From Camelus ferus (taxonomy: Eukaryota), in contig NC_045696.1 in NCBI RefSeq assembly GCF_009834535.1, positions 37,450,001 to 37,514,000 of the forward strand: DNA of 64,000 nucleotides. Reading direction: 5' to 3'. Position numbers and translations under genes: made by a program. Shown here piece after piece: positions 1-12,250 of this stretch. The first letter of the stretch is position 1. Every line of letters begins with the position of its first letter. Under the pieces are notes generated by a model. That model searched no databases. It was not told the DNA's origin and saw only the letters and a program-made list of their open reading frames with translations.

Positions 1-371
1 TAATTTATGTAAATCACGCTATATTTATTCAAGGATACACATATAACTAATGGGAGATGTAGAAGACAAGTATTTAATATATAAGAAAGGTTTCCCAAGA
101 GAGTGAAGAAGATGGCAGTGTGAATAAAATATAAAGTGTTAAATACTGAAAGAAAGCAACAAAATGTTCTTGACTTTTATCAAGTGATAATTATTTTGTG
201 ACATGACCCTTGGGGTAAAAACAACTGGTTACTGTGAAACTGATTTCCTAAAAAATGAAACACATGGAGTATGGCTCCAGGTTGGAATTTGCACTTAAAC
301 TGGTAATAGATGTAAATGGCTAACTATTTATTTAGGTAGAAAATGATGAATGCCATATCAAAGCACGTGAA

Positions 372-960
372 TATTCATTTATACACCCTGTTGAAAAATG
401 CTTACAGAGTGCCCACCATGATCTGAGATTCAGGAGAGAACAGAACAGCCAAGCTCTCTGCTCTCATGAGAGTAGAGAGTGAATAAATAAATACTCTACT
501 GCACAGCAAACACCGTAGTTCACAAAAGATGAAGATAGAGTGATATGAGAGTGATTTTTTTAAGATTGCATTAAGGAAGTTCTCTGGGAAGAGATGACTT
601 TAAGCTAAAATTCTGTAGCAAGAGGGAGCCAGCTATTAGCAACAGGGAAAAACCATTCCAGGCAAAATGAGTAGAAAGGATCCGGGCACCTTTGAAAACC
701 TGATAAAGTTCTAATGCCTAGTGGACCAAGAAAAGGAAAAACTACTAAGAGTCTTGAGAGATATAGAGGGAATAAACACATAGAGTTTATTTGCCACGCT
801 AAGGGAATTTTATTTAAATCTCAATATGGTTAAGAACTATTAAAGTGGTTAAAGAAAGGAGTGAAAGGATTATCTAATTTACGTTGGTAAAAGGTCGATA
901 TAGATGCTGTGTTGAGAATGGACGGTATTTAGACACAAGTGATATTAAAGAGACTACTAG
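372..960 (-). mobile_element. LINE-2 3' fragment, highly diverged
   Basis: Starts with a reverse-complemented L2-like tail (ttcattta...aaatgcttacagagtgcccaccatg), followed by L2-typical blocks (ggaagttctctgggaagagatgactttaagct; aagggaattttatttaaatctc). Recalled similarity; boundaries approximate. Confidence 0.5.
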
Positions 961-1039
961 AGAGTAGGAGTAGAGGGAGGACATCCAATACCTCACTGAG
1001 CTTTCTTCCTTTTTCAGCCAGACCTCCTGGAAGTCCTAC

Positions 1040-1249
1040 CTAACTGCTATGGCTGGTATTTCATTTGACTAGAACTAGGTCACATAACAGTATCTAATGT
1101 TGAGAGAGACTTGAAAATGTAGTCTTTTACTTGAACAACTGGCATTCCCTTACCAAAAAAAAAAAAAAAAAATTGGATATAGTATAATGGAAGAAAGGAA
1201 GGTGTAAAAAATAGATAGTAGATAGGAAAGAATTCAACATCTGCCACAG
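1040..1249 (-). mobile_element. Old MLT1-type (ERVL-MaLR) LTR fragment
   Basis: catttgactagaactaggtcacat...gaaaatgtagtctttt...catctgccaca resembles the reverse strand of old MLT1 LTRs. Confidence 0.45.
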
Positions 1250-4200
1250 AAGGAAACACAGTTCAGTTTTGGATATAGGGTTGGGGATGTGCAAATGAAG
1301 TTCTAGAGCAAGATACCTGAGAAGCAGAAACCAACTGTATTACACAACTAGGATGATTTTGAATACAAAAATCAATATTACTTCCCTTTAACTTAATACC
1401 ACTAGCCCTGGCCTTTGCTGCAAAGTGGGATTTTCTAAAAAATATACAAGCCCATGTATCACACTTCATCTCTACCTTGTTTCCCTTTTGCCATGCCCCC
1501 ACCTTAAGAGTCTCACACCAAAGAAATATGACCCAGTCTGCTGCTGAGAAGCTATGTATTTTTTGTAAGAATAAAACATCACCAGCTGACATTAGGTAGT
1601 GAAGAAGTAAGGATAACATATTTGGATCCTAGACAACTGAATTCCAATAAAGAATGTCATGACAGAGTTGAGTGACTATTAGCATGTACCTTACCTCTCT
1701 GAGCTTCAGATATATCACGTCCACTACAGAATGTTCTTGGAGTAGGTGCCTTCAAGGCCGTATCAGGGAAACAGATAAGAAAGAGAACAATGAGAAGGCT
1801 GAATTTTAGGTCTACTGCCCTGTTGCAACTAGGCAATTATACTTGTACTGCTTTTAAACGATGGAAGCAATGGAAGTTTTCATTTAAATAAAAAACTCAA
1901 GGACATCAAACAATTTCTAAGTCCCTTTGAGCTATAATATTCTATGATCCTATGATTTCCCAGCAGGTATTTGTATTGCCAAATATGTGTCGTAACTGAG
2001 ATAGGAAAATATGGCCCAGTAGTTTTAACCACTAGGGACAGATAGGTAGTAACTACACAGAAATCATTAGCAAAAGCTAAAAGACAATGTAACAAAAAGC
2101 TCATAGTTATGGGATTCTTATAGAGGAAGGACGTTATATTAACAAAACTTGAATTTTTTTTACCAACTCAGAGGGTTTTTATCCATACTTAACTGTATTT
2201 CCTTCAAATACTATTTGAGTTTAAAATAAATCATTTTCTTAGACATCCATGCGAATGTAAACTTCAGAAGTATCAGGTATTTTTATTTCAAAAAAGTTAA
2301 CTGATTAATATTAAAGAATGCATCACATTTCATATCATTTACATTTTTAACTAAAACACATGCTTCTGGAATCCAAATTCTGAGAAAATTATATGAAATG
2401 TTAAGTATATTTACTTCAAATTTTAAGATCTTTCTATTTTGATAAACTGAATTTGTAAATGGTGGTAATCAGGTAAACAACAGAACGTAGACTCAGTAAA
2501 AACTCTAAGCAGGTTTTGTGTCCAGCTGGTACTCTTTAAATTTTTTATAACACAATATAACATACAACTATCTGAATTCATACTTCAGGGAAAAAAACAA
2601 GTTTGAGGATCTTCAGGAGTTTTAATATTCCTATCAAATCAAAAATAGCAAGACCCTCACTAAATAACTCTGTGACTAGAGAACAAAGGTGATTACAAAT
2701 TTCCAAGTATTATGTATGCTGCTTAACTCTTGGTATTGCTTTTTGGCTTCTATTAAAGACAATAAAAAATCCTGGAGGCATTTTTAAATTGGTTTTCACA
2801 TTCACCCATACTTGTTTAATTAGTATTCAGCTTCTTCATTAATGAGTAAAGTATGATTAAGCAAGAAATGCTTTATATATTAAAGGGAGAAATGCTGAAT
2901 TTTATCCTCATGCAAATACCAGAAGCATTTAAATTCTTCTATTCCATTGGGACCGATATTTAGTATGATTTTAGCGTATTACTGAGTACATAATGCATGC
3001 AAGGTATTAGGTCATTTATATATATTGTTTCCTTTAATACTCAAAACAAACAAATGATTCACTAGTTTTATATACCTATATGTACCAATTTTATAAGCTT
3101 CAAACATCATTAAGCTAGACATTTTAGGTAAGAAAATTTTTATATAACATCTTTTTTTAGTTATCAAAAATATATAACTATCATAAACAGATGAATTAAT
3201 TTTAATGTTAGAAAACTCCTAATAGCTGATGTAATTTTAGATTTTAAGCTTATAGCATTTTCACATACTTGATTTTGTATAATAATTACAACAACATGGA
3301 AATTTATGCAATGCCATTATACATTTTTTTAGTATAAATAACCTTAGATTGATAATTCATGGCATGCACAAATTCACACTGAGAATAAAAAGTATTTCTG
3401 GAACTGGTCCTCTAACTCCATTTTCAGTATTAAATCTACTGTCATACACCTGCAATTTGTGGTAGAGATGTCTGTATTTCAAATGGTATTCAATGAGATA
3501 TTCTTGAAAATGATTCATATTTGTTATGTATCCATTTCCTCTTGGAAATACTTTTCTGTTTCTTTTTTTTTTTGGGTGCTATTGTATCAGTAAAGGTATA
3601 TCAAAGGACAAATGTAAGACATCTTGAAAAAAGAACAAGCAAATTGCCACTCTCCTGAAGGCTGCCATGTCTTTTGAAAAAATAAAATAAAATAGATATC
3701 TCAAGTAAAAATTCAAACAAAATTCATTTAAAGGATGTGAATATATCGACTAGTAAACTAATTCAACCATTTCTTTCATTTTGTAACCACTGTTAGTAAC
3801 TCCTCACAAGTCAAATTCCACGATCATGATTATACTTTACATTATTATCATGATTGCTATATGTTATGTAATCTTTAGACTACATGTTATAACGTGTATT
3901 AAATATACATTGAAGTATAAATTAAGCATATTGCTATCAAAGACATATTTAGCTGCAAAACTGAGAATTTTTAGAACTATTATTTGCACTATATTTTTAA
4001 AAATGATTTTTGAACATTAAAATATACAGATACTTGAAGTATTTTTTAAAATATTTAGAACTTTTAATAAAAATATTTTTACTTATCTAGATTTCAAAAA
4101 TAACTTAAGAATGTTATTCATAGATAATATAAAATATATGTAATTTAGTGTATGAGTCTAACTTTTATAAACATCATATATCTTATCAATTTTAGACAGA

Positions 4201-5553
4201 GTTCATAGTATCAATTTATTATTAAAAAGATTGTGCTCCAACTATAAATTTTAATAATCTTAATCATTGAGTCATAGATGAAATAGTTAATGACCCACTG
4301 GAATATATCTAGAAAGATTTTATTTGTGGATTCAGTCAATATATTTATTAATAAAAATATTACTCTATATACTAAAATATATGTATTTAAGTGTCAAAAT
4401 GAATTACCTAAAACTTTAATCACTTTTAAAAATATCCTCTTGGGAAACAAATTACCAGGGTCTTACACATTACTCTCCACAGACACCAGCTTTGAGGCAC
4501 TCGACTGTGTTCTTAATGTGTGGGCATTTATTACCTTTCTAAAATGGAAGATTATATGAGATTATTTCAAATGTTCTACATTATTCTATGATTCCAAGAA
4601 GCAATTCTTTATGGAGGTCCAGACAGAAGTCAAATTTACATTAACAACTCACTACTGAAAGACTGGCCTTCATGGAGCATGTCCAAACTTTGAATATTTT
4701 AGCATTTACTAATCTGGATGCTCAATTACCCAGTTCTTTCTGGTACATTACTAAAATCCATTGTCTTTACTAAAAGTTCATTTTAGAATTTTATTGATAT
4801 GTCATGAAAAAGAAATTAACAAAGTCGCCACTGAACTTTATAAACAGGCAGATATTTAATGTTCATTTTTCTGATACTCATAATGAAAACAGTTTCTGTG
4901 GTGAGAATAAATAATTTTTATAAGATTACACAGCAATAATCCTTCAGAGTAAAAACTATTGGTATAGCAGTTTCAGTAAGTAAAAAAAATCCTAAATGCA
5001 TCTGCAAAGAGAAACTCAGATAAGTGCTATTTATTTCCAATATTTTGAAGTCCTCCTCTGTGCTCTGCAGTGGAAATTTATCTTTGAATCTTACACTATC
5101 AAAGTGTGTGATGATTTTAAAGTATGTCTGCACTTTGAAGAATTTTATATTTTTTAATTTATATAAATTACAGAAAATTTAAGTGTTTCTAAAGTTTTCA
5201 CAATTTCAAACAAAAAATTTAAATGTTTCACCAACTGAAATAAACATTAACAAAAGTACTTTTATTTTATCTCATTTCTGACATTTAGACAATAAAAATA
5301 TATTAGTGAAAAGCAGATCATGATACAATAATTTGGTTTGACAACTATTTTAAATTTGTCTTGTTCAAAATAACACCTGGCTGGCAGTTCATGAAATAAT
5401 ATTTTTCAATTTCCCTCTAAAATACATATGTGGATATTTTAAGGCAAAAACTCATATTCCAAAAAATTTAACCTTATTTATATAATTTATGTAATCTGAA
5501 AGATTTTAATACAATTGTATGAGATTGGCTAAATTCACATGCTCTGTTGGTTT

Positions 5554-6182
5554 TGATGCAGGAAAACAGATGTGGGGCATGAGGAGGGCTGTGTCCCAGG
5601 TCTCGGTTGAGCCCCTGGGACGTGCCCTGCTAAGAGTGGGTCCTTGGCTTCATGCAGGAAAGAATTCAAGAGCGAGCCACAGTTGAGTGAAGGTAGATTT
5701 ATTCAGAGAGGTACATTAAAAGGCAAGAGAAAGGCCACAAGGTGTGGGGGTTGGGTGCTCAGATTAAAAGTAGGTACACATTCCATAGACAGAGTGTGGG
5801 CCTTCTCAGAAGAGGGAGAGAGAGGGGCAGCCTTGAGACTCCGTGTTGCTGGTTTTTATGGGCTTGTTGGCTTCATATGCTAATAAGTGGAAGGCCCAGT
5901 CTAAGTAGCCCGGGGAAGGGGCTGGAATTCCCAGGAAGTTGGCCATTTCCCACTCTTTGACCTTTTGTGGCTAGCCTTGGGATTGCCATGGTGCCTGTGG
6001 GCATGTTATTTACCATGTTAATATATTACAATGGGTGTATAATGAAGCTCCAGATCTGCTAGAAGTCAAATCTCCCACCATCTTGAGCCTCAAGGCCAAC
6101 TGGGGGTTGAATCTTTTACCATTTTGATGTTAAGTGCTGTAGCATTCCTTGAATGGCTGTGCCCTGCCCCCTTCCTTTCTCA
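5554..6182 (-). mobile_element. Solo LTR, ERV1 class (LTR A)
   Basis: TG...CA termini (tgatgcagg...ctttctca); perfect 4-bp TSD GTTT (5550-5553, 6183-6186); minus-strand AATAAA near 5698-5703; more GC-rich than flanks. Confidence 0.85.
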
Positions 6183-6235
6183 GTTTCATTAAGTGGAACT
6201 GACCATCTAAAAGATGATTATCACAGTTTCTGTTA

Positions 6236-6728
6236 TGTGAATGAAAATACTGCAATGTGAGTGAAAATACTGCAAACATATCAGTAAACAAAGAATGCTG
6301 AAACCAAGTCATCAGCAGCTGCTGCCATCCCCAGTGAGGACAGGCCTGCAGCCTGGCCTCTGCAGCCACTCTCAATGGTGCACTCTGAGGGGACTCAGAA
6401 TAAGAAAGGATAGGATACTGGCCCTAGATAGCTAGGTGCTTGTCAAAGGAATGAATTCAGTGAGCCCAAATGTTTGCTTCCTCCCATACACAGAAAAGCA
6501 CTAAATTCTTTAACTTGAGATGCCTGGCTTTCTTTAGATAACAAGCAATCTTCCATTTTTCCAACTACCTGGTCTTTGTTGTAAAGCTCCTATATATCCT
6601 AGCTCCTCCTCTACCTCTTCAGAGCAGTCCCTCAGAGCGATCTGAGAGGCTGTCATCCCGGCTCAAGTCCTCCCGCCAAATAAAACACAACTCTTAACTT
6701 TTAGGCTGCGTGTTAATTTCAGTCGACA
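6236..6728 (+). mobile_element. Solo LTR, ERV1 class (LTR B)
   Basis: tgtgaatg...gtcgaca termini; TATA-like ctatatat near 6590; AATAAA near 6679; flanks GTTA/GTTT (3 of 4 TSD match); end-to-end homologous to 7467-7962 in the opposite orientation. Confidence 0.88.
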
Positions 6729-7466
6729 GTTTGTAAACACAGGTTAAAGCAAGTTGCTAGAGGAATATTCATTTTCCTTTAAAGGTGAAGAATTGGGCAA
6801 AATTCTGAACTGATTCATCGGACTGTTTTCTTCAGCCCATCTTTCTATTAAGAGCAATTATAAAGAAAAAGAAATCAGTTTCTTTTGTAATAGCCTCACA
6901 CAAAGTTTGAGCTAGATATTCAGCAATTCTGGATTCACATGTCACAAAATTGTTGGTAAAACATTTTACTTCATATAGATTTCTTTGCAAATTGTTCAAA
7001 TGCCAAAGATCGGTTACATTAAATGCACAACTGGAAAGACAGAAATGTCGAAAAGAGAGAGCAGCCTCTCACAATGTCTGTTCTATATAATCTGAATGAG
7101 AAAGCTAGTATCAGCAAAGGGAGGTGATGTAATACTTGGCCAAGGTCAAAGGTTTCTTGGGCCACAGGTTTCCCCTGATTTACCCAGTTTCAGGTTATTA
7201 GCTGGGTGGTCTGGGAAATTCAGCTGCATTCCTTTTTAATTAGCAAAATACTAAATGCTACTTAATGTGTTTTAAATTAGAAATAAATATTTTCCTTTTT
7301 AAAATCTAAGATACGGCTTCACATTCTACTCTAGAGTTCATTAGTTGAGTGATTTCAGCAGCAAAATGACAAAGCAAACAAAACTTCAGAACCTTCTTTC
7401 ATTGAAAGTAAATGAAATCATTTCTAAAAAGTGAATATAATGTATTAAAATGCCCTGGGTTTCATT

Positions 7467-7962
7467 TGTCAACTGAAATAAATGCACAACCTAAAAGTTG
7501 AGAGTTATGTTTTATTCAGTGGACAATTCTGGCGACTCAGCCCAAGATGACAGCCTCTCAGATAGTTTTGAGGGACTGCTCCAAAGAGGCAGCAGAGGAG
7601 CTAGGATACGTAGATAGGAGTTTTGCAACAAAGACCAGGTGGTTGAAACACTAAAAGATTGCTTGTTAACTGAAGAAAACCAGGCATCTCAAGTTAAAGA
7701 ATTTAGTGCTTTTCTATGTATGGGAGGAAGCAAACATTTGGGCTCATTAAATTCTTTCCTTTGATAAGCACCTAGCTATCTAGAGCCAGTATCCTGTCCT
7801 TTCTTATTCTGAGTCCCCTCAGGGTGCACCACTGAGAGTGGCTGCAGAGGCTGGTCTGCAGGCTTGCCTTCACTGGGGGTGGGGGTGGCGGCAGCCTCCG
7901 ATGACTTGATGGCTTCAGCATTCTTTGTTTACTGATATGTCTTGCAGTATTTTTCATTCACA
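7467..7962 (-). mobile_element. Solo LTR, ERV1 class (LTR C; same family as LTR B)
   Basis: tgtcaactg...ttcattcaca termini; perfect TSD CATT (7463-7466, 7963-7966); reverse complement aligns with LTR B, e.g. aaatgtttgcttcctcccatac and gcactaaattctttaacttgagatgcctgg. Confidence 0.9.
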
Positions 7963-8439
7963 CATTGAAGCAAGGAAGGCACGCTGGCTCAACTAAAAGG
8001 ATTTATTAGCAATTTATATTTTTTAAAAAACTTGTAAATTTGAGATTTAGCATCTTCTGTTTTTAAGAATAGCTCAATACTAAATATTTTTTTCCCATCC
8101 AAAATCCTCAGCAGATTATTTCTAATTTACATTTGAAAAAAACAGGCCTGTACATAAGCCTCTCTGACTATATCTGACCTGTACCTCCGAGCATCACTTT
8201 TTGGTGCTCCAGCTGGCTAGGATTTTCTTTTCACTCTTAGAAAAGCAAAATAAACCTAGTTCTTTGTTACACTTTATTCAAATATTTCTTGCTACTCTCC
8301 TTTCTTATTTAATCAGTTTGATTTTGGAATGTGAGTTGTCTCTGAATTGAGACTTGGTCTAAATTTATTATCTTAGGTTTTTCATAAATGTCATTTACTT
8401 ATCCTGAGTTTATTCTCTATGCTATTGTTTCCCCTCTGT

Positions 8440-9190
8440 TCTCCCCAGAATCCCACTGCGGGAGGAGGAATGGGACTCACAAATGCTTGGGAGTTTTGTC
8501 AGACTGCGATTTTACTTTTTTGAGAAGGCAGTAAGTGTCACGAAAGTTCTGTTCACAGTGTGGAGCATAAGAAGAAAAGTAGAAATATTGGTTTAAAAAA
8601 GTCTAGGAAGAGAGGCAGAGAGCTGAGGCAGTTCCCCAAATCTCCTGCTCCCCCAGAGAGGCAGAGAGAAATGTTTGAAAAGTTTCAAATGTCCTTCAGA
8701 GAGAGCTTGAAAGGTGGTAACATAGTTAGCAAATTCTCATGAATCTTGAGGACAAAACGAGGAACATACAAGTGCTGATGACTGGAAACCATGGCAGGAC
8801 CACATATAGCTTAAGGAGTAACAGTGAAGATAAGCTAAACAGGGAAAAACCAGAGACAGCAAGTGACATCTCACTAGCTTAGCATCAAAGATGGCCATGG
8901 ACCATTCACTTGTTCAGAGACACTCACTGTGTAAGCCTCCAAAAACCAGATGTCCCCCTCCAACTCTGGGAAACAAAGCAAACAAGGAAAAAGTCTCAAT
9001 TACCTGTTTATAATTAACTGCTCATAAAAGCACCAAAACAACTGAGCTTACATACAGGTGACTATTTTTTTCTTCAGGTGAAATGGAGACTCAATATCAT
9101 AATTACATTGAAATGTTAAAGATAGTGTTATATCTTTTCTACATCTGAGTTGTTTTAGGCTTATGAAAAATAATTCATGTTCTCCTACTG
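8440..9190. mobile_element. Possible ancient LTR (Gypsy/MamGyp-like)
   Basis: Purine-rich block with a tail (tttctacatctgagttgttttaggctt) loosely reminiscent of old mammalian Gypsy LTRs; no termini or TSD identified. Confidence 0.25.
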
Positions 9191-9589
9191 ACACTGAACT
9201 GTGTCAAAAAACTCCACAAATTTGAAACTTAAAATGTTTTAAAATATATACCAGAGCAGACAGTCTTATTAGAAACAAGAGACTACAGGAATTTGCCATA
9301 GAGATACATTAACTGGAATTTAAGAGAGTAATCTAGGAAAATCAAGGTGGCTTCAGTCAAACAGTATTTTAGTAAGTAAAGAGTAAATGAAGGCTTTAAA
9401 TTCTGAGGAACTCAACAATTCATATAATTTAGGATGGAAACTGAGCTTACTATAAAACCCCTTCAATACGATGTGCTTGCAGTTGACAAAACCTGGTCTT
9501 TTCAAAGACCAGAGGAAGGAAACGCTAACAGAAGGCTGAAGCTGAGCGTGAGGGAGGAACTTCTGTGCTTATGCACTGATGTTATAGAA

Positions 9590-9870
9590 ATATCCCGCAA
9601 GGAAATAGCTCCCAGGGTGACAGGAAGGTGCCTCCCGTTCTGCAGCTCTCCCTGAATACTGCCCTAGACTCAGAGGATGGAAGGGAGGCCCGGTGGGAAA
9701 TCCGCCACATGCAGGCATCCCTGTTGTGTCCTGGGTCTGCTGGACCACGCCGTCCGTGTCGTGGAATTGCGCCGAGGTTCCTCCGTGCAGGAGGAGCCCT
9801 GCCCTGTTGAGGGGGAGAGAGAAGGGGAAACAGTCCTTCTTCCTCAAGGTCCCAGGGTGCGGAGGACATT
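9590..9870. promoter_or_regulatory. GC-rich, CpG-retaining patch (candidate regulatory element)
   Basis: About a dozen CpGs in under 300 bp (e.g. ccacgccgtccgtgtcgtggaattgcgccg) in an otherwise CpG-poor window; no repeat recognised. Confidence 0.35.
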
Positions 9871-10361
9871 TCTGCTTCAGGGGTAAACCTCTGGTTTCCT
9901 TTCCTTTCTCAGACTTTACTAGGGAAAGGAATAGTCAGAGCACGTTCACGTTAGTCTCTAGAAGGAAGCTGTGAGAATTTATTTTTGTTGCTATAGTTTC
10001 ATATTGTTATTGTTACTAGTCCTATTATTATTATATGGTAATTATTATTATCTTCTCTGTAGAAAGCACATGTGCGTTGGGTTGAGCTATGCGGTAAAAC
10101 CTTGCCCCCCCTCACCTGATGACAAGCTCAAGTTATTCAGTTTCACTAGTGCCGTACTTTAATTTAGATATAAAGTATAAGCATGTCCATTTGGCCACAA
10201 CCAGAAGCCACATTTCCAAATCAGCATTAACAGCAATATAGCCATCTGTTCTCTTATATCTTACAAGTCAATTTGATCCAAATATGAGAAAGAAAATGTT
10301 TCATTTATTGTCTTTTATAACTCATGCCTTGCCTGTTGTATACCTTTATAACAAATGACGA

Positions 10362-10364
<3 letters not shown>

Positions 10365-10395
<31 letters not shown>
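10365..10395. repeat. (TG)n microsatellite
   Basis: Uninterrupted TG run. Confidence 0.97.
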
Positions 10396-10396
<1 letters not shown>

Positions 10397-10782
10397 TAGT
10401 TTCAATCCAAGTCATGTTTGATAGTTAAAATGGACTTTTACAACATAAAGTGATGTTGTATCCAATGCTGGCTTTGGGATTTGACAAACACAATTAACTT
10501 TAGCTCAGGACTCACCAACAGGAGAAAATCAATTATTATCAGTTACAGAGTACTCACAATAAATAATCAAAAGCAGCTCGGCCTGGATTCAGAAGTTATT
10601 AGGAGGCCCTGTAGGGAAGTGAACTGATTGCATAGAGAAAAAATTAACCTGCAATTGAAGACTAGGTGGGGAAAGAGACAGCAGTAGATACAGCTGTGCA
10701 TGTAAGATTCTCTCTGCTGTGGCTTTGGCCTTTATTCTGCTTTGCCTCATTAGCCTAAACAGCGTCACCTTTCCAGCGCCTG

Positions 10783-10812
10783 CAGCTGCACGTGAGGAAC
10801 CCTGCACGTGAG
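10783..10812. promoter_or_regulatory. E-box cluster (CAGCTG plus two CACGTG)
   Basis: CAGCTG at 10783-10788 abuts CACGTG at 10789-10794; second CACGTG at 10805-10810; both lie in an 11-bp direct repeat CTGCACGTGAG. Confidence 0.4.
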
Positions 10813-12250
10813 CAGTCCTGACTGTGCTTGCTTGTGCCCCCCCATGCTCACCTCAGGTTTGTTATCTGTGATTAAAAGGAGCATTGATTTTCACATTTCT
10901 ACTCTGTGATGGAAACCTGACAACAACATCAGCGAAGTCCCTCTTCTTCTTTTAGGTGAGGGTCCAGTCCTCTCCCTTTGACACAAAATGTGTTAGAAAA
11001 TTAGAGGGAAATTTTCAGACTGACCAGGTAAAAACGTGTAATTACTATGAGAAAGCTGAAGGCTTTTCCTTTACACCATCTCTCTTCTACTCAATATCTT
11101 TTTCACTACTTCTATTCAAGGTGGACACCCTCCTTTTTCTTTTGGTAGAAATCTTGACCGTTTTCTCACTATTCTTACAAACACTCCTATTGCGTTTGGC
11201 ATGGTATCTACCATGTTCCAGTGCTCCTGTCCTCTCTCTTATTGTACTGCTCTCTCCTGCTTTGTAGTGGACACCTGGGGTCTCTCATGTGGGCCAAAGT
11301 TTCTCAGCACACAGTTCACTCTAAATGATAGATGCTTGCTGCAGGCAAGAAAATAAGAAGAAAAGCAACACAACTAGAATAAAGAATGAAAATACCCTTT
11401 AAGAAGCTTAAGATGCTGTTAATGTTATCCAGTCATTACCTCTGCCACTTAAGTGTTTCAATCATTTGCCCCCTAGAGTATATTGAAAATTATATCCTTT
11501 CCTGCTTTCTTGTATCCCTAGTCTATGCTGTAAGCCTTTCAATTCACCTTTTCTTCATTTCCCCACTTGCTGTGATTGTAACCCTCAGGTAGAGAAGATG
11601 TACATTAATCTCCAGGGCACTGTACTTATTCACAGGCTACAAGAAATTCCGTGTTATGCTCCCAATCAATGTGTACTAGAGTAACTCTTCCATCTTTACT
11701 CTGAGTCTTCATAAGACTCAGGCAAGTTCTTATAAGTTCAGTGATAGATACTGTGTTTTGCTCAGAATGGTGGCATCTCTCTTATGCTTGGCATCTCACT
11801 GCCTTTATATATGTACGTAAGTTTATGTATACTTTAAATTTCCATTCACGGAAAATTCATCCTTACCCAGAAAACCATCTTTCACCCAAAGAGGTTCCTA
11901 ATGAACCAACTTCCTCAGTCACTGCTAGTGTGTGTCTGAACATAGTTGAAAGTCAACTTGGTTTCCATCTATGAGAATTATAACAATTTCTCTTGCTTTC
12001 CTGGTACAGGGAATTCATGTATCTTTTCTCCCTGAGTGTCATTTTCTTAACTATCCTGATTCCCTGTAATTATCTTCATTTTTTTTTAAATTTATTTTTC
12101 CCAGAATTTTCTTCTTCTTACCTTTTTACCTCCTTATTACCTGTAGAATAATCGTCTTTGTGGGAATAATACGTGATTCTGATACTCTCAAGAATTACTA
12201 AAAACAATTTTTGTTAAAGATTATTATTTAGTCCATTATCCCTTACTGAA

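Noticed and set aside
1263..1619. 118-aa minus-strand ORF
   Set aside because: No known motif; lies among degraded repeats; length compatible with chance.
6236..7962. LTR B and LTR C as ends of one provirus or TIRs of a DNA transposon
   Set aside because: Proviral LTRs are direct, not inverted; each LTR has its own 4-bp flanking duplication; the spacer shows no primer-binding site or coding remnant.
9434..10162. Cluster of overlapping ORFs on both strands
   Set aside because: Explained by local GC richness (few stop codons); no recognisable domain or exon structure.
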